Part shown: positions 25,101-38,383 of the stretch, one piece after another
How the letters are laid out: each line of letters begins with the position of its first letter
Numbering within the stretch: position 1 is the first letter of the stretch
Assembly (NCBI RefSeq): GCF_964355755.1
Contig: NC_092679.1
Span: 22,799,432-22,863,431 of the forward strand
Source of the DNA: Antedon mediterranea
Lineage: Eukaryota > Animalia > Echinodermata
Reading direction: 5' to 3'
Length of the DNA stretch: 64,000 nucleotides
Program-made: the position numbers and the translations under genes
The notes under the pieces: model-generated
The model's input: only the letters and a program-made list of their open reading frames with translations
Databases searched by the model: none
What the model was told of the DNA's origin: nothing

Positions 25101-28100
25101 GGGATTATACTAAGGTACCTCCTTAGTTGTCCAGTATAAGTTAGAGTGGGACCACTGGTCCCGTTTACTCAGCCCTCATCCTTAAAATTTGAGTGTAACT
25201 CATTTACGATTTTAAAAATATAGTGAAATTTGACACTGTATTTGTGAGAAAACGGTGGATTGTTCCTGGGAGTCACATGGTGGAATTATACTAAGGTACG
25301 TCCTTAGTCGTCCAGTAGAAGTTAGAGTGGGACCACTGGTCCCGTTTACTCAGCCCTCATCTTTAACGTTTGAGTGTAACTCAATTACGATTAATATTTT
25401 AAAATATAGTGAAATTTGATACTGTATTTGTGAGAAAATGGCGGATTGTTCCCGAGAGTCACTTGGTGGGATTATACTAGGGTACCTCCTTAGTTGTCCA
25501 GTTTAAGTTAGAGTGGGACCACTGGTCCCGTTTACTCAGCCCTTATCTTTAAAATTTGAGTGTAACTCAATTACGGTAAAACATTTTAAAATATAGTGAA
25601 AATTGATACTGTATTTGTGAGAAAATGGCGGATTTTTCCTTGGAGTCACTTGGTGGGATTATACTAGGGTACCTCCTTAGTTGTCCAGTAGAAGTTAGAG
25701 TAGGACCACTGGTCCCGTTTACTCAGCCCTCATCTTTAACGTTTGAGTGTAACTCAATTACGATTAATATTGTAAAATATAGTGAAATTTGATACTGTAT
25801 TTGTGAGAAAATGGCGGATTGTTCCCGAGAGTCACTTGGTGGGATTATACTAAGGTACCTCCTTAGTTGTCCAGTTTAAGTTAGAGTGGGACCACTGGTT
25901 CCGTTTACTCAGCCCTTATCTTTAAAATTTGAGTGTAATTCATTTACGATTAATATTTTAAAATATAGTGAAATTTGATACTGTATTTGTGAGAAAATGG
26001 CGGATTGTTCCTGGGAGCCACTTGGTGAGATTATACTAGGGTACCCCCTTAGTTGTGCAGTATAAGTTAGAGTGGGACCACTGGTCCCGTTTACTCAGCC
26101 CTCATCTTTAAAATTTGAGTGTAACTCATTTACGATTTTTAAAATATAGTAAAATTTGAAACTGTATTTGTGAGAAAACGGCGGATTGTTCCTGAAAGTC
26201 ACTTGGTGGGATTATACTAGGGTACCTCCTTAGTTGTCCAGTATAAGTTAGAGTGGGACCACTGGTCCCGTTTACTCAGCCCTCATCTTTAAAATTTGAG
26301 TGTAACTCATTTACGATTTTAAAAATATAGTGAAATTTGATACTGTATTTGTGAGAAAACGGCGGATTGTTCCTGGGAGTCACATGGTGGCATTATACTA
26401 GGGTACGTCCTTAGTCGTCCAGTATAAGTTAGAATGCGACCACTGGTTCCGTTTACTCAGCCCTCATGTTTTAAATTTGAGTGTAACTCAATTACTGTAA
26501 AAAATTTTAAAATATAGTGAAAATTGATACTGTATTTGTGAGAAAATGGCGGATTGTTCCTTGGATTCACTTGGTGGGATTATACTAAGGTACCTCCTTA
26601 GTTGTCCAGTAGAAGTTAGAGTGGGACCACTGGTCCCGTTTACTCAGCCCTCATCTTTAACGTTTGAGTGTAACTCAATTACGATTAATATTTTAAAATA
26701 TAGTGAAATTTGATACTGTATTTGTGAGAAAATGGCGGATTGTTCCCGAGAGTCACTTGGTGGGATTATACTAGTGTACCTCCTTAGTTGTCCAGTTTAA
26801 GTTAGAGTGGGACCACTGGTCCTGTTTACGCAGCCCTTATCTTTAAAATTTGAGTGTAACTCATTTACGATTAATATTTTAAAATATAGTGAAATTTGAT
26901 ACTGTATTTGTGAGAAAATGGCGGATTGTTCCTGGGAGCCACTTGGTGGGATTATACTAGGGTACGCCCTTAGTTGTGCAGTATAAGTTAGAGTGGGACC
27001 ACTGGTCCCGTTTACTCAGCCCTCATCTTTAAAATTTGAGTGTAACTCATTTACGATTTTTAAAATATAGTAAAATTTGAAACTGTATTTGTGAGAAAAC
27101 GGCGGATTGTTCCTGAGAGTCACTTGGTGGGATTATAGTAGGGTACCTCCTTAGTTGTCCAGTATAAGTTAGAGTGGGACCACTGGTCCCGTTTACTCAG
27201 CCCTCATCTTTAAAATTTGAGTGTAACTCATTTACGATTTTTAAAATATAGTGAAATTTGATACTGTATTTGTGAGAAAACGGCGGATTGTTCCTGAAAG
27301 TCACTTGGTGGGATTATACTAGGGTACCCCCTTAGTCGTCCAGTATAAGTTAGAGTGGGACCACTGGTCCCGTTTACTCAGCCCTCATCTTTAAAATTTG
27401 AATGTAACTCATTTACGATTTTAAAATATAGTGAAAATTGATACTGTATTTGTGAGAAAATGGCGGATTGTTCCTTGGATTCACTTGGTGGGATTATACT
27501 AAGGTACCTCCTTAGTTGTCCAGTAGAAGTTAGAGTGGGACCACTGGTCCCGTTTACTCAGCCCTCATCTTTAACGTTTGAGTGTAACTCAATTACGATT
27601 AATATTTTAAAATATAGTGAAATTTGATACTGTATTTGTGAGAAAATGGCGGATTGTTCCCGAGAGTCACTTGGTGGGATTATACTAGTGTACCTCCTTA
27701 GTTGTCCAGTTTAAGTTAGAGTGGGACCACTGGTCCTGTTTACGCAGCCCTTATCTTTAAAATTTGAGTGTAACTCATTTACGATTAATATTTTAAAATA
27801 TAGTGAAATTTGATACTGTATTTATGAGAAAATGGCGGATTGTTCCTGGGAGCCACTTGGTGGGATTATACTAGGGTACGCCCTTAGTTGTGCAGTATAA
27901 GTTATAGTGGGACCACTGGTCCCGTTTACTCAGCCCTCATCTTTAAAATTTGAGTGTAACTCATTTACGATTTTTAAAATATAGTAAAATTTGAAACTGT
28001 ATTTGTGAGAAAACGGCGGATTGTTCCTGAGAGTCACTTGGTGGGATTATAGTAGGGTACCTCCTTAGTTGTCCAGTATAAGTTAGAGTGGGACCACTGG

Positions 28101-29999
28101 TCCCGTTTACTCAGCCCTCATCCTTAAAATTTGAGTGTAACTCATTTACGATTTTTAAAATATAGTGAAATTTGATACTGTATTTGTGAGAAAACGGCGG
28201 ATTGTTCCTGAAAGTCACTTGGTGGGATTATACTAGGGTACCCCCTTAGTCGTCCAGTATAAGTTAGAGTGGGACCACTGGTCCCGTTTACTCAGCCCTC
28301 ATCTTTAAAATTTGAGTGTAACTCATTTACGATTTTAAAAATATAGTGAAATTTGATACTGTATTTGTGAGAAAACGGCGGATTGTTCCTGGGAGTCACA
28401 TGGTGGCATTATACTAAGGTACGTCCTTAGTCGTCCAGTAGAAGTTAGAGTGGGACCACTGGTCCCGTTTACTCAGCCATCATCTTTAACGTTTGAGTGT
28501 AACTCAATTACGAATAATATTTTAAAATATAGTGAAATTTGATACTGTATTTGTGAGAAAATGGCGGATTGTTCCCGAGAGTCACTTGGTGGGATTATAC
28601 TAGGGTACCTCCTTAGTTGTCCAGTAGAAGTTAGAGGGGGACCACACTGGTCCCGTTTATTCAGCCCTCATCTTTAACGTTTGAGTGTAACTCAATTACG
28701 ATTAATATTGTAAAATATAGTGAAATTTGATACTGTATTTGTGAGAAAATGGCGGATTGTTCCCGAGAGTCACTTGGTGGGATTATACTAGGGTACCTCC
28801 TTAGTGGTCCAGTTTAAGTTAGAGTGGGACCACTGGTCCCGTTTACTCAGCCCTTATCTTTAAAATTTGAGTGTAACTCATTTACGATTAATATTTTAAA
28901 ATATAGTGAAATTTGATACTGTATTTGTGAGAAAATGGCGGATTGTTCCTGGGAGCCACTTGGTGGGATTATACTAGGGTACCCTCTTAGTTGTGCAGTA
29001 TAAGTTAGAGTGGGACCACTGGTCCCGTTTACTCAGCCCTCATCTTTAAAATTTGAGTGTAACTCATTTACGATTTTTAGAATATAGTAAAATTTGAAAC
29101 TGTATTTGTGAGAAAACGGCGGATTGTTCCTGAGAGTCACTTGGTGGGATTATACTAGGGTACCTCCTTAGTTGTCCAGTATAAGTTAGAGTGGGACCAC
29201 TGGTCCCGTTTACTCAGCCCTCATCTTTAAAATTTGAGTGTAACTCATTTACGATTTTAAAAATATAGTGAAATTTGATACTGTATTTGTGAGAAAACGG
29301 CGGATTGTTCCTGGGAGTCAAATGGTGGCATTATACTAAGGTACGTCCTTAGTCGTCCAGTATAAGTTGGAGTGCGACCACTGGTTCCGTTTACTCAGCC
29401 CTCATCTTTTAAATTTGAGTGTAACTCAATTACGGTAAAAAAATTTAAAATATAGTGAAAATTGATACTGTATTTGTGAGAAAATGGCGGATTGTTCCTT
29501 GGAGTCACTTGGTGGAATTATACTAGGGTACCTCCTTAGTTGTCCAGTAGAAGTTAGAGTGGGACCACTGGTCCCGTTTACTCAGCCCTCATCTTTAAAA
29601 TTTGAGTGTAACTCATTTACGATTTTTAAAATATAGTAAAATTTGAAACTGTATTTGTGAGAAAACGGCGGATTGTTCCTGAGAGTCACTTGGTGGGATT
29701 ATAGTAGGGTACCTCCTTAGTTGTCCAGTATAAGTTAGAGTGGGACCACTGGTCCCGTTTACTCAGCCCTCATCTTTAAAATTTGAGTGTAACTCATTTA
29801 CGATTTTTAAAATATAGTGAAATTTGATACTGTATTTGTGAGAAAACGGCGGATTGTTCCTGAAAGTCACTTGGTGGGATTATACTAGGGTACCCCCTTA
29901 GTCGTCCAGTATAAGTTAGAGTGGGACCACTGGTCCCGTTTACTCAGCCCTCATCTTTAAAATTTGAGTGTAACTCATTTACGATTTTTAAAATATAGT
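19173..29999 (+). repeat. Satellite array, left arm (about 59 units of 181-186 bp)
   Basis: GTGAGAAAA recurs at 19177, 19359, 19540, 19721 and onward. The unit includes GGCGGATTGTTCC, GGGACCACTGGTCCC and TTGAGTGTAACTCA. Confidence 0.98.
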
Positions 30000-30019
30000 T
30001 TAGAGTGGGACCACTGGTA

Positions 30020-33000
30020 CAAATTTCACTATATTTTATTTTTTTAATTTTTTTTATTTATTAATTTAAAAGATGAGGGCTGAGTAAACGGAACAAGTGG
30101 TACCACTCTAACTTTTACTGGACGACCAAGGAGGTACCCTAGTACAATCCCACCAAGTGACTCTCAGGAACAATCCGCCATTTTTTCACAAATACAGTTT
30201 CAAATTTCACTATATTTTAAAAATCGTAAATGAGTTACACTCAAATTTTAAAAATGAGGGCTGAGTAAACGGGACCAGTGGTCCCACTCTAACTTATACT
30301 GGACGACTAAGTGGGTACCCAAGTATAATCCCACCAAGTGACTCCCAGGAACAATCCGCCATTTTCTCACAAATACAGTATCAAATTTCACTATATTTTT
30401 AAAATCGTAAATGAGTTACACTCAAATTTTAAAGATGAGGGCTGAGTAAACCGGACCAGTGGTCCCACTCTAACTTATACTGGACGACTAAGGGGGTACC
30501 CTAGTATAATCCCACCAAGTGACTGCCAGGAACAATCCGCCATTTTCTCACAAATACAGTATCAAATTTCACTATATTTTAAAATATTAATCGTAATTGA
30601 GTTACACTCAAATTTTAAAGATAAGGGCTGAGTAAACGGGACCAGTGGTCCCACTCTAACTTAAACTGGACAACTAAGGAGGTACCCTAGTATAATCCCA
30701 CCAAGTGACTCCCAGGAACAATCCGCCATTTTCTCACAAATACAGTATCAATTTTCACTATATTTTAAATTTTTTTATCGTAATTGAGTTACACTCAAAT
30801 TTAAAAGATGAGGGCTTAGTAAACGGAACCAGTGGTCCCACTATAACTTATACTGGACGACTAATCCCACCAAGTGACTCTCAGGAACAATCCGCCGTTT
30901 TCTCACAAATACAGTTTCAAATTTCACTATAATTTAAAAATCGTAAATGAGTTACACTCAAATTTTAAAGATGAGGGCTGAGTAAACGGGACAAGTGGTC
31001 CCACTCTAACTTATACTGGACGACTAAGGGGGTACCCTAGTATAATCCCACCAAGTGACTCCAAGGAACAATCCGCCATTTTCTCACAAATACAGTATCA
31101 AATTTCACTATATTTTAAAAATCGTAAATGAGTTACACTCAAATTTTAAAGATGAGGGCTGAGTAAACCGGACCAGTGGTCCCACTCTAACTTATACTGG
31201 ACGACTAAGGAGGTACCCTAGTATAATCCCACCAAGTGACTCCCAGGAACAATCCGCCATTTTCTCACAAATACAGTATCAATTTTCACTATATTTTAAA
31301 TTTTTTTATCGTAATTGAGTTACACTCAAATTTAAAAGATGAGGGCTGAGTAAACGGAACCAGTGGTCGCACTCTAACTTATACTGGACGACTAAGGACG
31401 TACCTTAGTATAATCCCACCATGTGACTCCCAGGAAAAATCCGCCGTTTTCTCACAAATACAGTATCTAATTTCTCTATATTTTTAAAATCGTAAATGAG
31501 TTACACTCAAATTTAAAAGATGAGGGCTGAGTAAACGGGACCAGTGGTCCCACTCTAACTTCTACTGGACGACTAAGGAGGCACCCTAGTATAATCCCAC
31601 CAAGTGACTCTCAGGAACAATCCGCCGTTTTCTCACAAATACAGTATCAAATTTTACTATATTTTAAAAATCGTAAATGAGTTACACTCAAATTTAAAAG
31701 ATGAGGGCTGAGTAAACGGGACCAGTGGTCCCACTCTAACTTATACTGGACGACTAAGGGGGTACCCTAGTATAATCCCACCAAGTGACTCTAAGGAACA
31801 ATCCGCCGTTTTCTCACAAATACAGTATCAAATTTCACTATATTTTAAAAATCGTAAATGAGTTACACTCAAATTTTAAAGATGAGGGCTGAGTAAACGG
31901 GACCAGTGGTCCCACTCTAACTTATACTGGATAACTAAGAAGGTACCCTAGTATAATCCCACAAAGTGACTCCCAGGAACAATCCGCCATTTTCTCACAA
32001 ATACAGTATCAAATTTCACTATATTTTTTAAAATCGTAAATGAGTTACACTCAAATTTTAAAGATGAGGGCTTAGTAAACGGGACCAGTGGTCCCACTAT
32101 AACTTATACTGGACGACTAAGGGTACGGTGTACCCTAGTATAATCCCACCAAGTGACTCTCAGGAACAATCCGCCGTTTTCTCACAAATACAGTTTCAAA
32201 TTTCACTATATTTTAAAAATCGTAAATGAGTTACACTCAAATTTTAAAGATGAGGGCTTAGTAAACGGGACCAGTGGTCCCACTATAACTTATACTGGAC
32301 GACTAAAGGGGTACCCTAGTATAATCCCACCAAGTGACTCCAAGGAACAATCCGCCATTTTCTCACAAATACAGTATCAAATTTCACTATATTTTAAAAA
32401 TCGTAAATGAGTTACACTCAAATTTTAAAGATGAGGGCTGAGTAAACCGGACCAGTGGTCCCACTCTAACTAATACTGGACGACTAAGGAGGTACCCTAG
32501 TATAATCCCACCAAGTGACTCCCAGGAACAATCCGCCGTTTTCTCACAAATACAGTATCAAATTTCACTATATTTTAAAATATTAATCGTAATTGAGTTA
32601 CACTAAAAAACTTTAAAGATGAGGGCTGAGTAAACGGAACCAGTGGTCGCACTCTAACTTATACTGGACGACTAAGGACGTACCCTAGTATAATCCCACC
32701 AAGTGACTCCCAGGAACAATCCGCCATTTTCTCACAAATACAGTATCAATTTTCACTATATTTTAAAAATGTTATCGTAATTGAGTTACACTCAAATTTA
32801 AAAGATGAGGGCTGAGTAAACGGGACCAGTGGTCCCACTCTAACTTATAGTGGACGGATATGGAGGTTCCCTAGTATAATCCCACCAAGTGACTTCCAGG
32901 AACAATCCGCCATTTTCTTACAAATACAGTATCAAATTTCACTATATTTTAAAATATTAATCGTAAGTGAGTTAAACTCAAATTTAAAAGATGAGGGCTG

Positions 33001-34203
33001 AGTAAACGGGACCAGTGGTCCAACTCTAACTTTACTGGACCACTAAGGAGGTACCCTAGTATAATCCCACCAAGTGACTCCCAGGAACAATCGGCCATTT
33101 TCTCACAAATACAGTATCAAATTTCACTATATTTTAAAATATTAATCGTAATTGAGTTACACTCAAATTTAAGAGATGACGGTTTAGTAAACGGGGCCAG
33201 TGGTCCCACTCTAACTTATACTGGACGACTAATGACGTACCCTAGTATAATCCCACCATGTGACTCCCAGAAACAATCCGCCGTTTTCTCACAAATACAG
33301 TATCAAATTTCACTATTTTTTAAAAATCGTAAATGAGTTACACTCAAATTTAAAAGATGAGGGCTTAGAGTAAACGGGACCAGTGGTCCCACTTTAACTT
33401 ATACTGGACGACTAAGGGGGTACCCTAGTATAATCCCACCAAATGACTCTCAGGAACAATCCGCCGTTTTCTCACAAATACAGTATCAAATTTCACTATA
33501 TTTTTAAAATCGTAAATGAGTTACACTCAAATTTTAAAGATGAGGGCTGAGTAAACGGGACCAGTGGTCCCACTCTAACTTATACTGGACAACTAAGGAG
33601 GTACCCTAGTATAATCCCACCAAGTGACTCCCAGGAACAATCCGCCATTTTTTCACAAATACAGTATCAAATTTCACTATATTTTTTAAATCGTAAATGA
33701 GTTACACTCAAATTTAAAAGATAAGGGCTGAGTAAACTATACCAGTGGTCCCACTCTAACTTTTCCTGTACGACTTAGGAGGCACCCTAGTATAATCCCA
33801 CCAAGTGACTCTCAGGAACAATCCGCCATTTTCTCACCAATACAGTTTCAAATTTAACTATATTTTAGAAATTGTAATTGAGTTACACTCAAATTTTAAA
33901 GATGAGGGCTGAGTAAACGGGACCAGTGGTCGCACTCTAACTTATACTGGACGACTAAGGGGGTACCCTAGTATAATCCCACCAAGTGACTCCCAGGAAC
34001 AATCCGCCATTTTCTCACAAATACAGTTTCAAATTTAACTATATTTTAAAAATCATAATTGAGTTACACTCAAATTTTAAAGATGAGGGCTGAGTAAACG
34101 GGACCATTGGTCCCACTCTAACTTATACTGGACGACTAAGGGGGTACCCTAGTATAATCCCACCAAGTGAATCCCAGGAACAATCTGCCGTTTTTCTCAC
34201 AAA
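30020..34203 (-). repeat. Same satellite in inverted orientation, right arm (about 23 units)
   Basis: Reverse complement of the left-arm unit (GGAACAATCCGCC, GGGACCAGTGGTCCC, TGAGTTACACTCAA) repeated in tandem. Confidence 0.98.
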
Positions 34204-35727
34204 TATTTAATTCCTAATACCATAAAAGCCATAGTAACAATGAAAATGTAAAGAATGCACAAACGGCGTTTCATAGTTATTGTTGGCTGGAAAAAATAAA
34301 AGTGGGCTGGCTTATTGTTGGCTGGCTTATTGTTGGCTAGCTTGACACAAGCACGAGTGAGCCCGTCAGTACAGCACGTGACAAAAGAGGTACAGTATGT
34401 ATTTTATCATCGTATGCGACTAGTTAGGTCTATATTCATACAGAAAAACCATTTAGAAACTCGGCGTGCAATGTTACCACAAAGATGTAGAACCAGTGGA
34501 GACTTGGGAAATGCATTATGCCCTCTATAGTTTACTATTACCGATTCTGTATCTATAGGGGGCGCCAGATTCATCAATCTAAAACATAAGATTTTCTTGA
34601 TTCACGTATAACAAAAAGATTGAATAAATTAATAATATAAATAAAAAAAATTATCTAATTCATGAAATATTCTCTCAATATACAACTCATTAACCATCCT
34701 TTTTTGTACACTATTGTTGGCCAACACACGCTGGCAAAGCCGGAAATAGTGTATCACGTTAAGAGATATGACATTTTTTCTTTTTCTTTTCTCTTAGTAT
34801 TCTACAGTACACTCTAATCATCTAGCCTATCTAGAGAATTAAACTCAGCTATTACCGAATGATTTATTTTACCATTGTCAGTAAATAGTTAGCGCTGGCC
34901 TTCTGAAGTTATAACAGCTTAATTGTATATGACAGTTCGGTTCTCTGAATTTAAATTCATCATTATTTTCTGAATAATAAAACAATTAGGTGATGTCTTC
35001 ATTCTCACAAAGCAGCTTTATCGGTTATATCACTCAACTTATTTATATGACACAGTTGTGCTTCTTAAAATTAATGATAATAATTTAATGAATAATAACA
35101 CTGAAAACCATTACGATCGTGCAGTACATACAGAACTTGGAAGTTAATAGCAACTAGTATTATCAAAGGTGAATATTATGACTATGTATTACTCTAGAAA
35201 TGTGTTCGTTTGTTTCCAGGCAAGAAATGTTTGACATTTATTTATAGGCAGGCTACTACAACAATATATCGTCGTTCAAAGTTACAGGCGCTAAAATATG
35301 GAATAACCTACCAACTGAAATTAAATTTTAAAAATTCCTCCAACAATTGCTCCCGTTTAAAGCTAGATATCGATTTCATTTTTCCCCAATTTGTTTGTAT
35401 TTAAGACAGGACCACAATGCAAAACAGGTTTTCTTTTACTTTATTGTGTAATCATGTATAAAGATTTTGTTAAATAGATAAAAATATCGATAACGATGTT
35501 AAATTTAATTGTGATTGGTAATAATAATAATGATTTTGTGGGATATATTCCCGAATGATCATAACATCAAAACGGTACTGGGCATGACAAAACCGGTCAA
35601 CGATCTGTGCAGCCACTAAAATATGGTAGCATGTATCCGAGACATGACTTTTAGTTCATGGAAAGCGCACATCTTAATTGAACAAGGCCAACAGCCATAA
35701 GTCGCGTGCTAAAACGCATAGTGATAC

Positions 35728-35790
35728 CGGACCGACAGACAGACCGACCGACAAAGTGAACTATAGAGTCGCGTCCATGCGACTAAAAAT
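35728..35790 (-). mobile_element. Terminus of a DINE-1/HINE-like (Helentron-associated) element
   Basis: Minus strand: T-run, stem-loop AGTCGCAT-GG-ACGCGACT, then a (GTCG/GTCT)n microsatellite. This is the typical HINE 5' architecture; the other end was not defined. Confidence 0.45.
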
Positions 35791-38383
35791 GGCCTTTGAT
35801 AGTACAGTAAACTACCAGCCTGCCTAGTCTAGTACTGGTAGGCCTACTACGTAATAGTAAATAACTATACCTAGGCCAGGCTGGAAAATTGGTTATCAAC
35901 CTCTAATTAATCTACAGTAGCTTCACACCATTCACACGCAGGCAGGTTAGCTTGCTTGTTATCGTCATGAACATAGACGCTTTTTCCTGCTTTTACCAAC
36001 TTACACCAAATCAAAATAAGGCATGTTGTATTGATTCTAAATCTCTATATAAACAAATTAAATCTGTAGTCCTGGAAAGTTCAAAGTTTGTGATATTATT
36101 CTCAAATATTAATTCGCAAGACTAAATATGAAAAGTACTGAAATTGTCACGATTGATCAGTAGCGATATAAAGACACGACAAACATATTGTGGATTGTCG
36201 CATTATGTTGTGTTGAATTGACACCCTTTGAAAGAATGCTGAATTAATATTGACGGATTATTAGCACTGTTTCGGAACTTGCATTCACGCGAGCCAATGC
36301 TTAATTTGGTTAGAAAGTTAACACTAAGGTATGATATGGAATTCAGAAGCTGACAAAATCACACCTCGATACATTTAAACGCTAACATCTCCATCAGAGT
36401 AAATAAAATCACAGCTAGGATTTTGTGACATAGTATTGCAGGCTAAGTTAGTCTACTGGCATTTATTTACAAGTTAAAGACTGCATAATAAGGTTTATCG
36501 CAAATAGCTTGAGATCGCAAGAAATGTCATTGCACAATGCATGGTGGGAAAGAATAGAAGCGCGTCACCCCCATTTCCTTCCCATTATGCGTCGCGCACG
36601 CTATTTGCGATATTTTTGGTTCGCGAATGTATGTTAGGTTCAAAAGTTACCAAAATTATTGTATTTTACTATTATAATTTACAAAACATTTGACTTGACT
36701 TTGACTAACAGTTTGTTTCATTATTGGTGCTTACTGTATTTTGTTTTCTTCCAGTTATTCGTCAAAACAATTTTAAATACGTGCAATTTAGGAAAAATTG
36801 TTTACAACAATTTATCACGTTAGCTATTATTTGTATTTACCATGCTTTTCGGTTAATATTCAAAATAATCACAAAGTATGTGTTACCTGGAAAAATGTTT
36901 ACGACATAATAAGAACACCATAATTATCATCAAAAATGTTTTTATAGCAATTCGGATAAGATGTATAAGTCTGATATATTGAAATTGCTAATTTCTCCGT
37001 CATACTTAATTCAGGCCAATCTTATAATGATTGCAAACTAAGAATGCCGAAAGCACATTTGACACTGTTCTTCTCATACGCTACCAATTAATATGTATTC
37101 ATTTTGACTAATAATTATTCGCGTTGTTTTTGTCAGTAGAGAAAAATGATGTATTATTTCACATAACATACGATGTTGGTAATTAGTCTTTACTAACTGG
37201 CCGATGTTGGCGTCTATGACAGATTATGACGTATGAGGAATAACTTTCCTCCTGTCTTTAGGATATTGACCACACTACTTCAGTGTAATCAGTATAGTAA
37301 AAGTGATCTTTAAAAGAAAAATTCATTTGCCCGAACAAATTTACAGACATCACTAAATATTAAAAAAAACTGTTATCGTAATAATGATATGCACACGCAA
37401 AGAAAAGATAGGTTGATTAGTTGGAATTACCGATATGTATTTATTTCTAAACAATTAGGGAATTACATGACGTCATCAACGACATTTTAGAATAAACATG
37501 GCTTCTAAAAACAGTAGATAATACACAAACTATAAATACATAAGATATACAAGCGGGTATATGTTATATAATTTATCTTTTTATATTATTGTAAATATGA
37601 AATAATTGTAAATATTATTATAAAACATTCATAAATCAGCAATTTATTGGACATTATAATTTGTAATTTTGCTTGTTTGAATAAAATATTACATTTCTAC
37701 TTATTTATGCCTAAGTATTACATGGTTCATATATCATTTAAGAACTTAAATTCACTTAAGTAAAATTCTAAATTGAATTGAAAAGTTCCAATTTCAACAT
37801 CATACTTCTATTTCAATTTGGCTGTCAAATCAAATTGTTTCTCATATCGCACGCATCGAATACTGGAGGCACTTGTTCAACTTTGACATAGAAATACGGT
37901 ACATCTATACAGAATACAAATCAATGTCTCGACAGAAAAAAAAATGCTTACTCTATAAATAGGGCCTTAAGTGATTTACATCATTACTATAATCACAGCA
38001 AAGAAATCATAGTCATTCGTAAGTTCGTCGAGCCGATCAGAAGTACAAAAAGACATTATGAAATAGAAAAATGCTATCCGCTGCAACAACATCTATTCCG
38101 AAGGTGATTACTAATATCCGTATCACCTGGTGATGCAGTATGCAAATGCTATAGGCATATCCGTGTTGGATTATTATATCTTCGTTTCTGCTATTGATGG
38201 GGTGTGACGTGGGTCATGCTATGACATTTCAAAAGCCCATTTTCACCGCTCTGTGATTCTAAGATATAGGCTTAAATACAAAACGAAGTTAGTTTAGTAT
38301 GAGAAAATAGTAATAACTGCAATTTTAGCCTATAATGTTCCTGTAAACAAATTAATGCACACGGATTACTCCATGCCCCGCCC

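Larger units (their letters stand above)
19024..34352. mobile_element. 15.3-kb non-autonomous foldback transposon (MULE/FB-like) with satellite-filled TIRs
   Basis: 9-bp TSD ACGAGTGAG at 19015-19023 and 34353-34361. Termini GCTTGTGTCAAGCTAGCC / GGCTAGCTTGACACAAGC. About 150-bp near-identical unique outer inverted domain, followed by inverted tandem arrays. No transposase ORF. Confidence 0.95.

Noticed and set aside
30705-32410. Repeated short ORFs (MTPRNNPPFSHKY...) in the satellite
   Set aside because: They have GTG starts and are open only where local indels or substitutions remove stops; no coding signal.
19173-34203. CRISPR-like array
   Set aside because: Units are contiguous near-identical monomers with no unique spacers, there are no cas genes, and the context is eukaryotic.
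19024-34352. Palindrome as a fold-back sequencing or assembly artefact
   Set aside because: Arms differ in length and interior variants, the flanks are unrelated, and a direct 9-bp TSD brackets the element. Exact unit counts still need read confirmation.
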